A stretch of DNA of 62,926 nucleotides, counting the filler, from Octopus bimaculoides (Eukaryota), in NCBI RefSeq assembly GCF_001194135.2. It is 7 parts of 6 records of this genome, joined end to end, with 100 filler letters (N's around TTAATTAATTAA, not from the genome) between each part and the next. Parts side by side here need not be neighbours in the genome. Positions count along the whole stretch, not along the records: positions 44,770 to 53,237 come from NC_068994.1; positions 53,338 to 58,671 come from NC_069010.1; positions 58,772 to 60,469 come from NW_026383267.1; positions 60,570 to 62,926 come from NC_068994.1; 3 more parts are not named here. One strand, written 5' to 3'. The notes under the pieces were generated by a model. It was not told where the DNA came from, searched no databases, and saw only the letters and a program-made list of their open reading frames with translations. Below are positions 52,458 through 62,926 of this stretch, piece after piece. How positions within the stretch are numbered: position 1 is the stretch's first letter; every line of letters begins with the position of its first letter. A program made the position numbers and the translations under genes.

Positions 52458-53337
52458 ATAATCATTGATATTCAGTCATGAAGAAACCTTAGATGCGCGA
52501 TTCTCACTGCAGTTTTTCTATTGCAACAATGCCAATCTATGCAAGAAGCAATTGCCCAAATCCTTCCCACGCATGTGATTAGAGATATCAGCAAGACAAC
52601 ATAGTATATTTTCTCCTGAACTGAGTGCATTAAATATGTATATATATAAAAAAATTAAAAAGGTAAGGTAAATTGCAAATTTAATTTACCTTTTTTTTTC
52701 GATGTAGATCATATACACTTTCACCCCCTATATTTCAATTTGCATCGTGTCGCCTTTTGAAAAAAACATTCAGTTGTCTTTCTCACACGCAAAAGCACAA
52801 ACAAACATATGTATATAATTTAGCACTCAATGTACCTTATCACTTGAAAGACAATGTTTATAAGAGTCTCGGATATAAGCATCAGATGTGGATGGTATTG
52901 ATGCGAGTGTAACATAGACATCACTGAACATCGATTCTCAATTTTATTTATTTGTTCAGAGGTATTTGGTCTCCCAGCGACTAGACATGGGATGTGAGGA
53001 CATTACTAATTATATTACACGTTTGATAATTTCCGATCTGAAATTATGTGTATAGAGATTTATTACTTATTTAGATTGACATTGGAATTTTTCAGTCGAA
53101 TCGGTATACGATTTTAGCCCACGGATTATTCACACACACCACAAATGCACACACACACACACACACATGCACACACAATCGCACTCACGTACACATACAC
53201 ATATATATATATGAAAATGCATATATATATATATATANNNNNNNNNNNNNNNNNNNNNNNNNNNNNNNNNNNNNNNNNNNNTTAATTAATTAANNNNNNN
53301 NNNNNNNNNNNNNNNNNNNNNNNNNNNNNNNNNNNNN

Positions 53338-53610
<273 letters not shown>

Positions 53611-53611
53611 G

Positions 53612-53815
53612 AAGGCAGCAGGCTGGCAGAGTCGTTAGAACATCGGGCAAAATGCTTAGCTGCGTTTCATCCATCCTTATGCTTCCGAGTTCAAATTCCG
53701 CTGAGGTTAACTTCGCCTCTCATCCTTTCAGGGTCGATAAATTAAGTACTAGTTGAACACTGGAAGTGGGTGGGGGGGATCAATGTAATCAACTAGTCCC
53801 CTCCCCCAGATAAAA
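53612..53815 (+). mobile_element. SINE family A
   Basis: GGCTGGCAGAGTCGTTAGAACATCGGGCAAAATGCTTAGC...CATCCTTTCAGGGTCGATAAATTAAGTAC. Confidence 0.82.
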
Positions 53816-53981
53816 TACCTTGTGGTATTAGTTTTGGATGTTTAAATTCAGGGGTCAAATCTCCATCAAGGACAATGCTTTCATCCCATCACATATATTT
53901 ATATGACAGGATTCCTTTCAGTTTCCATCTAACAAATCCAATCATCTATGACGTGAACGAGCAGCCACCCACACACATGCA

Positions 53982-54201
53982 GGATGGGGCTGCTGAAGAG
54001 TTCCTAGCTTTAAGGGTTTGGTGAAAGACCTGGTTGGGGGCCCTACCTTCCAAGTTCTTTTACAAGGCTTAGAAAAACTGAAGGACTGCTGCAATAAGTG
54101 AGTGAATCCGAGAGGGGAATATGTTGGATAAAATCATAATTAACTGATCCGCCTATATTTTCTTTCACCCAAAGCAAGGAACTTAGCAGCATCCCCTCAT
54201 A
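53982..54201 (+). mobile_element. Mariner-derived MITE (internal deletion, both TIRs kept)
   Basis: Left GGGGCTGCTGAAGAGTTCCT against the right end read in reverse, GAGGGGATGCTGCTAAGTTCCT. The interior encodes the mariner C-terminus LLQGLEKLKDCCNK*VNPRGEYVG*. Confidence 0.7.
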
Positions 54202-54917
54202 CACACGCAACTTGCTTGTGTGCTTCATGCTGTTGCTTGAAGGGGCTGGGGGTCATCCCAAGTTGGTGGTCCNNNNNNNNNNNNNNNNNNNNNNNNNNNN
54301 NNNNNNNNNNNNNNNNNNNNNNNNNNNNNNNNNNNNNNNNNNNNNNNNNNNNNNNNNNNNNNNNNNNNNNNNNNNNNNNNNNNNNNNNNNNNNNNNNNNN
54401 NNNNNNNNNNNNNNNNNNNNNNNNNNNNNNNNNNNNNNNNNNNNNNNNNNNNNNNNNNNNNNNNNNNNNNNNNNNNNNNNNNNNNNNNNNNNNNNNNNNN
54501 NNNNNNNNNNNNNNNNNNNNNNNNNNNNNNNNNNNNNNNNNNNNNNNNNNNNNNNNNNNNNNNNNNNNNNNNNNNNNNNNNNNNNNNNNNNNNNNNNNNN
54601 NNNNNNNNNNNNNNNNNNNNNNNNNNNNNNNNNNNNNNNNNNNNNNNNNNNNNNNNNNNNNNNNNNNNNNNNNNNNNNNNNNNNNNNNNNNNNNNNNNNN
54701 NNNNNNNNNNNNNNNNNNNNNNNNNGTGGGAGGGAGGGAATGAGGGCCGTTTTGAAGTTGAACAAAATCAACCCAAAACATTTTTTAATTTGGGACATAA
54801 TTCCACCTGTTTTTTTTTTTTGGGGGGGGGGTTGTCTAACTTTTGCTTCCAAGTTACAGGGATGCAAAAGTTACAGGGACGCAAAGAAACAAACACTGTT
54901 TGTCAAGTAATGGAATG

Positions 54918-55130
54918 ACATCATCATTGTCATTAAACATCCCTTTTTTCCATGCTGGCATGGGTCGGATGGGTTGCAAGGCTATCACAGCGGGGATGCT
55001 TGCCCTTCGTAAAACCAACTACTTAACAGTGTGTAAGTACAGGATGCTTTTTACACAATAACCAAACACTGGTGAGGTTGCCAAGTACCCCCACAAGACA
55101 AGACTACACCCCTCAATTAAAATGAAAGTT
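54918..55130 (-). mobile_element. Degraded RTE-tailed retroposon fragment
   Basis: CATCATCATTGTCATTAAAC...TTCCATGCTGGCATGGGTCGGATGG. Confidence 0.6.
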
Positions 55131-55344
55131 TCCCTAATTTGAGGGATATGAAAGTATGGTAAGGGACACACAGACACACTCCTCCCTCTCATCTCAAAAA
55201 TTATTAGAGAGTGGGAGAGAGATGGGGAGAGGAAGAGAGTGAGAGAAAGTGGTGGAGATGTGTTGATACAGTAATTAATCTATATTGTGAGACAGAAGGA
55301 AAGAAGATGAAGAAGACGAGGTGATGATGGAAAAGATTTACCAA

Positions 55345-55960
55345 GTAGACTGCTAGACAGACAGACAGACACAGACACGCACCTAGTGCTAGACAGAAAC
55401 ACACACATTCATCTACATTAAATATACACACTGTTAGACGTGTGTGTGTGCACATACACTGATAGAAAGACATGCATGCAAACACACACACACACACACA
55501 CACGTACAGGTAGACACAAACTCATACACACTGCTAGACAGATATGTGGGTGCATATACAAACACACACACACACACACATACATATACACACTGCTAGA
55601 CAGACACATATGCGTGCGCACACACACACACAGCTACACAAACAAACACACACACACACACACACACACAGAAACACACTGCTAGAAAGACAAACAAACA
55701 CACGCACACACCCAGATACAGTTAGACACAAACACATACACACATACTGCTAGACAGACATGTGGGCACATGCACATACACACACTGCTAGACAGACAGA
55801 CGGACAAATACACACGCACTGATAGAAAGACATCCACGCACACAAACACACACACGTACAGCTAGACACACACACACTGCAGGCGCATGTGCACGCACAC
55901 ACACACACACATTGCTAGATAGAACCACACACACACAGCTAGACACAAAAAACACACACT
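55345..55960. repeat. Compound minisatellite: CTGCTAGACAGA anchors separated by (CA)n spacers
   Basis: About 15 variants of the anchor, spaced roughly 25-60 bp apart. Confidence 0.85.
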
Positions 55961-56093
55961 CACCTACAACTGAGGAGACAAACATACATTCCTAGGGCTA
56001 TAAACAGACAGACAGACAGACAGACATACTTTCCTCCCCACCACATACACCTCACACATGTTCTCACCTGCTGTTAGACAGACAGACAGACAA

Positions 56094-56126
<33 letters not shown>

Positions 56127-56786
56127 TAAAACTCCCTCCACACACACAGATGCTCCCAACCACCAACAGAGAAACACACACACACACACACAGTTACGTA
56201 GACAGACACATCACTAGCGAGAGAGGCAGAGACAGACGCACACACGCACACACACAAACACACACACACACGCCAACGCTGGTATTGATTATGCTGCTAC
56301 TAATCATTAGCAGGCAGTCCACAGGTTTAGCACAGAGTCGAGAACTATTGATTCCTCCAAGAATTTACTAAATGAACCTTATTTGAGAGGAATTCATAGG
56401 AACTGGGTGAAAGAGGGAGAAATAAGGGGCCAAGGGAGGGGAGTTTGGGGAGAGTTAAAGTTCCTTGAAAACAACTCGAAAATACAAGAGATAAATGAAA
56501 TCTGAAGCCTTTGGTGTCTCGTGGGAGGGTCATCACACCAATAATAAACACACGCTGGTTCAATTTCACTTCTTTATTATTAGTCAATTGGCTAATTATT
56601 TAAACCTTCAGCATTTAAACCAGCCATATCTGGCCAAAATATCCTCCCTATTTTATCTTCAAAGTGACCTGCCAAGCCCATTTTGCGTCACATTTTCTTT
56701 TGCATCACCGGTCTAATTTTGTTCTAATTAATGCATATTTTTTTTTTAATTCTTTAACAATAAATATGTTCTGGTTCATTATTTGT

Positions 56787-56950
56787 ATGCGTGGCCTAGT
56801 GGTTAAGGTGTGGCATTCACAATTTGCAAGATCGCGGTTTCAATTCAGGGATCTGGCAGCGCATTGTGTTCTTGGAGAAAACATTTCATCTCAAGCTACT
56901 TTGCAATCCATCATCTGCCAGGTGTGCCACACTGTCCATCTGTACAGGTA
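56787..56950 (+). mobile_element. SINE family D head, degraded
   Basis: TGCGTGGCCTAGTGGTTAAGG A box, then TTGTGTTCTTGGAGAAAACATTT. Confidence 0.6.
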
Positions 56951-56957
56951 ATGTTGA

Positions 56958-57001
<44 letters not shown>

Positions 57002-57254
57002 CTAATGTGCAGAACATACATATGATCGTTATAAACTAATCAGATGTGCAGGTTCTTCGGCAAACAGTTGTGGAATTGTCTGTCTCAGACCAGAGAGACT
57101 ACCCTTAATATAAACTACCTCACTGGTTTATAACATAGGTATCGCCAGTCACTCCTGCATCACAGAATAAATATCTAAATATCATTTTCCTTCTGTACAA
57201 ACAGAATCGGTGTGGAAGGTAAAAGCAAAGGTGTTACAAGCCACAACATCAACA

Positions 57255-57478
57255 GAAGGCGGAAAGCTGAGAAACGGTAGCACACCGGGCGAAATGCTTA
57301 ATGGTATTTCGTCTGCTGTTACGTTCTGAGTTCAAATTCCGCCGAGGTCGACTTTGCCTTTCATCCTTTCGGGGTCAATAAATCAAGTACCAGTTACGCA
57401 CTGGAGGGTCGATGTAATCGACTTAATCCCTCTGTCTGTCCTTGTTTGTCCCCCTCTATGTTGAGCCCCTTGTGGGCA
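57255..57478 (+). mobile_element. SINE family A, close to full length
   Basis: GGGCGAAATGCTTAATGGTATTTCGTCTGC...GCCGAGGTCGACTTTGCCTTTCATCCTTTCGGGGTC. Confidence 0.88.
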
Positions 57479-58009
57479 ATGAAGACATAAGAAGTATGAG
57501 ACAACAAACTAGATCCCCTAGGGGGTCTACAGCCAAATCTTTCGTTACATAACACTGTTTCAGATAAGAAACAAAAATAACAATAACATCAATAAACAAT
57601 AATAATAATAACAATAATAATAATACTAATAATAACAATAATGAGGATGATAATAATAATAATAATAATATTAATAATAATAATAATAACAATAATAAAG
57701 GAAGAAAAACCAAAAAAAAAATAACAGCAAAAATAACTAATAGTAAGAGTGGAGAGTGTAAAATAAAATAAGGATTAAAATAAAAATCCTTCTAGTCATG
57801 AGCGTACCCAAGGGGTTTTTTTGAGGGAGTGGGAGTTCTGGAGTAAATTCTTTCAAAGGATAGATACATAGGTTGAGGTTTCAAACCCACCTGTGGGATT
57901 TAATTTTTTCTCCCCCGCCTCCGCTTCTTATCTCCCTCAAATTTTGGACTCTTGGACTCCTTAAATAGCATTCTAAAGAGGTGTGTGGGCGTGGATGGGG
58001 GTAGTGAAG

Positions 58010-58278
58010 GTGTGTCACTTTAGCGGTTAGGGCATTCGGCTTATGATCGCAAGGGCGTGAGTTCAATTCCTTGGTGGTGCGTTGTGCATTCCTGGGCGGC
58101 ATGTTTGCGTCCTTGAGCAAGACACTTCGTTCCACGTTGCTCCAGTCCACTCAGATGGCAAAAATGGGTAGTACCTGTAATTCAAAGGGACCAGCCTTGT
58201 CACACTCCGTGTGTTTCACTCTGAATCTCTCAGAGAACTATGTTAAGAGTACACGGGTCTGTGGAGTGCTCAGCCACA
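58010..58278 (+). mobile_element. Chimeric SINE: family D head and CORE-like domain joined to family C tail
   Basis: TCCTTGAGCAAGACACTT...CTCCAGTCCACTCAG is followed by CCTGTAATTCAAAGGGACCAGCCTTGTCACAC...GTGCTCAGCCAC. Confidence 0.75.
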
Positions 58279-58400
58279 TCATCATCATCATCATCGTTTA
58301 ACGTCCTTTTTCCATGCTGGGATGGGTTGGATGGTTCGACTGAGGTTTGGGAAGCCAGGAGTTTGCACCAGGTTCCAGTCTGATCGGGCAAAGTTTCTAC
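58279..58400 (-). mobile_element. RTE-tailed retroposon 3' fragment abutting the chimeric SINE
   Basis: (ATC)n-GTTTAACGTCCTTTTTCCATGCTGGGATGGGTTGG. Confidence 0.8.
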
Positions 58401-58491
58401 CGGACCAATTGAGGGCTTCCACTCTTAGATTAGCTGTCAAGGTTGACTCCCTTCACCTTTTCCTTTCCCAAGGCACTCGCAAGGGCTTGTG

Positions 58492-58655
58492 CACAAAGCC
58501 TTGTGAGTGGATTCGGTTGACGGAAACTGAAAGAAGCCCGTCGTATATATGTATGTATATATATATATACGTGTATATGTTTGTGTGTCTGTGTTTGTCC
58601 CCCCCCCCCAGCATCGCTTGACAACAGATGCTGGTGTGTTTATGTTTTCCCGTGC
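58492..58655 (+). mobile_element. SINE family B, middle fragment
   Basis: AAAGCCTTGTGAGTGGATTCGGTTGACGGAAACTGAAAGAAGCCCGTCG. Confidence 0.8.
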
Positions 58656-59032
58656 AGCTACGAGTTTCAAANNNNNNNNNNNNNNNNNNNNNNNNNNNNN
58701 NNNNNNNNNNNNNNNTTAATTAATTAANNNNNNNNNNNNNNNNNNNNNNNNNNNNNNNNNNNNNNNNNNNNGTGTGCTTCAGTGTTACTGTGATAGTAGT
58801 AGGCAGGCTGATGCTTCATTGAGAAGTACATGAATATTTATCCCGCTAATGTATATTCCATATAATTCACCAATGTATAATTTACATAATAACATAATAA
58901 TGTATTAAACGTAACACAGTGTATATATATATATATATATATTGTGCGTTTATAGGTATGTATACACATATACATATACAGTCGTATATATGTAAGTACA
59001 TATATGTACATATATGTATGTATATATATATG

Positions 59033-59172
<140 letters not shown>

Positions 59173-59589
59173 TGTGTATGTATATATGCAAATACTAGCA
59201 TATATACGTATATATTTATAAGTAATATGTGTATATAAATGAATGCATTTAAATATACGTTCTTATATGGGTTCAGCAAGCGGTTACGGCTATGCTGGGG
59301 CAATGCTTATTGTGTATATAATTCTATTTGACACTGACTTCACGGCTTTACTTCATATGAATGTCTGTCTTTCTGTATCCATGCATGTTTGTGACATTAT
59401 ATTATATATATATATATAATCGTGTATCTGTATATGCATAAACGTATGCATTTATACATGTTTATATCAGTGCGGATGTGCAACACGGACAAAATGCGCA
59501 TTCGTATTCAATAGGAATATATTCATTGCAGTAGCCAACATAACCGTAAACACATCAATCTATCTAGCTAGCTAGCTTTCCCTCTCTCT

Positions 59590-59653
<64 letters not shown>

Positions 59654-59696
59654 GTATTTTTTGTATGTATATATATGTACATATATATATATATGC

Positions 59697-59731
<35 letters not shown>

Positions 59732-59764
59732 TGTGTATGTATGTATATATATATATATATATAG

Positions 59765-60062
59765 TGCAGGAGTCGCTGTGTGGTTGGTAAGGAAGCTACT
59801 TACCACACAGCGACTCCTGTGCTATGTATATGTATGTGTGTGTGTGTGTGTGTGTATATATGTCTGTGTGTCCGTGTTTGTCCCCCACATCACTTGACAA
59901 CTCATGCTGCTCTGTTGACGTAACCGTAACCTAGCGGTTCGGCAAAAGACGCCGATAGAATAAGTACTAGGCTTAGAAAGAATAAGCTCAGAGGTCGATT
60001 TGCTCGACTAAAGGCGGTGCTCCAGTATGGCCACAGTAAAAAGACTGAAATAAGTAAAAGAA
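59765..60062 (+). mobile_element. SINE family B with a fold-back rearrangement of its head
   Basis: Head 59767-59784, its inverted copy 59802-59819, then the normal 3' half from about 59860. Confidence 0.82.
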
Positions 60063-60410
60063 TAAAAGAAAATGTTTATCCGCACTCGCGCGCGTACACA
60101 CACACATGTTCATTTATATATATACATATATATCTTTGTATATGTATATTTATATGTATGTTTATGCATAAGTATTTGTATATGCATACCCATACGCAAC
60201 ACGCATACATTTTAGTCTGTTCGGAGTTTGTGCTCAATTGCCCTCATTAGAAACTTTGATATATTCAATAAGCCAAAAGCTAGAAGGTGCTGCCAGCTTT
60301 TTCTAACAAAATATGAAGTTATAGTAAAACTGATCTTCACCAGCATAGCATTGTGTTAAGTTTTAATTAACAACTGAATGTTGAGTTTCTTTACATATAA
60401 CTCTAAGAAG

Positions 60411-60469
<59 letters not shown>

Positions 60470-60668
60470 NNNNNNNNNNNNNNNNNNNNNNNNNNNNNNN
60501 NNNNNNNNNNNNNTTAATTAATTAANNNNNNNNNNNNNNNNNNNNNNNNNNNNNNNNNNNNNNNNNNNNGTACTGGGGGTGGTTTGTGTTCCCACCAGTT
60601 TTTATCATGGGGCAAGTCCAGGTTTTTGCATATTACCCAGTGAATATATTGTGCAGCTCTATCATGCC

Positions 60669-60732
<64 letters not shown>

Positions 60733-60741
<9 letters not shown>

Positions 60742-60917
60742 TCTAAATCTCTCTAAAGGAGACTACGACAGCAGTTCTGGGTATTAATAGTTATCGCTAC
60801 GCTAATCAACAGCAGCATTCGTCCTATTTTTCTGGACTGCCATGTTAGCTTGGCAATAACTATTAATACCCAGTACTGTTGCCGTAGCCTCCTTTAGAGA
60901 GTTTTAGAAATAATAAT
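60733..60917. repeat. Inverted repeat, 73-bp arms and 39-nt spacer, next to (ATT)n
   Basis: 60733-60805 against the reverse complement of 60845-60917 has about 8 mismatches. Confidence 0.92.
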
Positions 60918-61012
60918 ATTTCTATTTTTGAAAAAACCATTGGATGTGTTCCACTGAATATATATAAACCTCCGACAGACAGTCAACAGCGACGCCTGCT
61001 GCGTTCGGCTAC

Positions 61013-61055
61013 TCTACATTGATAAGGGGCAAATACCCCGAAGCTAGTTTGTAGA
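61013..61055 (+). ncRNA. Degenerate minimal hammerhead-ribozyme-like motif
   Basis: TCTACA-TTGATAA-GGGG-CAAATA-CCCC-GAAG-CTAG-T-T-TGTAGA. Stems I and II are intact, with three core transitions. Confidence 0.55.
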
Positions 61056-61123
61056 TGCTTGAACCAGCATGGGGAAGCTGATGACCTTCCCTCTTCGAAG
61101 GTTGTAGTTGACACAGGCTTGTA

Positions 61124-61176
61124 TAAATCTAGTTTCGGTCGAACCTATGTAATGGTATCCCTTTCCTTCAGATTTA
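61124..61176 (-). ncRNA. Second, more degenerate hammerhead-like motif, convergent with 61013
   Basis: Minus strand TAAAT-CTGAAGGA...CC-GAAA-CTAG-ATTTA. The same CTAG stem III, but the UH cleavage dinucleotide is missing. Confidence 0.3.
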
Positions 61177-61339
61177 ACTATGCACCTATATACTAAGTTA
61201 TCTTGTTTAGTTTACAATTTTCTTTAATCTTACAAATACAATTTATTAACGTTATTGTTAATAGAGTTTTCATTTTTATTATTTTTATTATTAGGGTTAG
61301 GAAGGGAATTGATATCGGCTATATGTCTTTTATTATTGT

Positions 61340-61630
61340 AATTTACCCTACCACCATTTTCATTAAGGTTACAGTTGTTATAAAGAGTATAAGTGCAAAA
61401 AGATTCTCTGATAGGGAATTACCAACTCTTATAGATTTAGAATTAATAATTTCACTATACTTATCTTTATTTAAATGTTTCTGTATTGATCGGTAAGTGG
61501 ATTTGACTATGTTATTGTTGATTTGACTTGCAAAGGGGATGATGAACAACAAAGAGTTAGCTTTATGAGGACTCTCATAGTCCATATTATGCTTCTCAGA
61601 ATTTATGTAAGGAGTATATCTCACTTTATT
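61340..61630 (-). mobile_element. Probable Penelope-like ORF remnant (RT-thumb/linker region)
   Basis: LLFIIPFASQINNNIVKSTYRSIQKHLNKDKYSEIINSKSIRVGNSLSENLFALI resembles the PLE linker before GIY-YIG. Hammerhead-like motifs lie just downstream. Confidence 0.45.
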
Positions 61631-61740
61631 ATTTATATTATGTCTATTATAAGTATATCAAGTATATCCTTATAAATGCTATTAATTTCCGTTTTACCGA
61701 ATTTTTTAAATTTATTTTTGCCTTTCTTATTAGCATATTT

Positions 61741-62310
61741 ATTGGGTTGGCAACTAAGTTCCCGCCGTTTTTTAAATTTAAATTTTTTAAAGGTTTGATA
61801 AAAAAAATAACAACCAATTAATCACTAATGTATTCACCCTTGTTGTTTACAACTTCTTCCCAACGTTCAACAAGATTTTCAATACCTCGATGGTAGAAAT
61901 CACCCGATTTCGACTCGAAAAATTAATCCAACCAAGCTCTCAATTCTGCATCAGTATTGAACGAAACTCTGTGCATAGCATTTGAAAGAGATCGAAAGAA
62001 GTGTAAATCCGTTAGTGCCAAATCAAGAGAGTACGGTGGGTGTGGCAGCACTTCCCAGTCATACGTTTGAATGGCTTCCTTGGTCATATTGGCGATATGA
62101 GGGCGGTCGTTGTCGTGCAGCAGAAGAACTCCATGCTGACGACTAGGTCTTTTCTCTTGAATGGCCGTGTTGAGTCGTTCCATCTGTTGAACATAAAGTT
62201 CCGCGTTGACTGTTTGGTTCCGTTCAAGCAATTCGTAATGGATAATCCCTTCCTATTCCCACCATACGCACAACATCGTTTTATGAGAGGTAATGGTGTC
62301 ATTAAGACCC
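61741..62310 (-). mobile_element. Decayed mariner, C-terminal half with 3' TIR
   Basis: HKTMLCVWWE*EGIIHYELL, LLLHDNDRPH, HPPYSLDLALTDLHFFRSL, GIENLVERWEEVVNNKGEYISD*. The end at 61740 reads TA-TTGGGTTGGCAACTAAGTT. Its 5' region may continue to the window edge. Confidence 0.92.
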
Positions 62311-62520
62311 AAAGATGTCAGGTAATGCTGAATAAGTACTATGAATAGACCATTGTTAAGCTCCAGGTTCGGTAATTATGCGAATATGGACTCTAACGTA
62401 GGTCATATATCAGCATGTGTATACATAAAAAAAAAATTTCAGAATGAGATAAAAAAAACCTGTGAAGATTTTAGAACATTTATAAATAAAAGGTCTTACA
62501 GCTATAAGACCTCGTTTTAA

Positions 62521-62867
62521 AGGTAAAACCTTAGGTGATTATCTCCCTTTGCCATTGGCCATCGATACTTCGGCCGCGCCGCCATCTTGCGGTCACCAAA
62601 GCACCACGAAGGTAAACGATTGTTTCCCTTCTTGCCAGGGAGCATCCTGAACTCCAGAACGGGGATTTTCGGTCCATGCTTGCATTTTAGAAAATTTCTG
62701 CTGGCTTTTTGGAATCCGCATGGCGGCGCTACAACCGGAAACCAATAGCCAGGGCCGAAGAGAGACAATCATTTACCTTCGTGGTGCTTTGTTGGCCGCA
62801 ACATGGCGGCGCAGCCGAAATATCGAAGGCCAATGGCGAAGGGAGTTAATCACTTGGGGTTTTATCT
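62521..62867. mobile_element. TTAA-flanked MITE with 110-bp TIRs, Kolobok-like
   Basis: TTAA|AGGTAAAACC ... GGTTTTATCT|TTAA. Arms 62521-62630 and 62758-62867 are roughly 85% identical as inverted repeats. Confidence 0.8.
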
Positions 62868-62926
62868 TTAAAACGATGCTCCTCCCATATTTTGAAGAAG
62901 TCTCAAGCCAGCAGTGTTTGGGGTCT

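Overview
Eukaryotic (animal) DNA: AT-rich, dense in microsatellites, with many N gaps. The repeat families point to an octopus genome, probably a draft O. bimaculoides-type assembly (inference, not checked). No intact protein-coding gene can be supported, and almost all ORFs in the track are artefacts of microsatellites or N-runs. The window holds five decayed mariner relics, a near full-length CR1-like LINE (28.1-32.6 kb, minus strand; PHD-like and C/H zinc-finger ORF1, APE and RT), Penelope-like (PLE) fragments, an R4/Dong-like endonuclease remnant, about 25 SINE copies from four tRNA-related families, an RTE-tailed retroposon family with an internal VNTR, and several tandem arrays derived from retroposon pieces. 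The most interesting signals are (1) four minimal type-I hammerhead-ribozyme-like motifs with palindromic stem III (44868, 50520, 61013, 61124), each damaged or variant in the core; (2) a set of fold-back structures (8331, 43172, 59767, 60733); and (3) a TTAA-flanked Kolobok-like MITE carrying YY1, ETS and CCAAT motifs (62521-62867). Six 44N-TTAATTAATTAA-44N spacers are artificial scaffold joins. A few weak exon, promoter and GPCR-pseudogene candidates are given at low confidence. All family assignments come from motif recognition by eye, with no database search.
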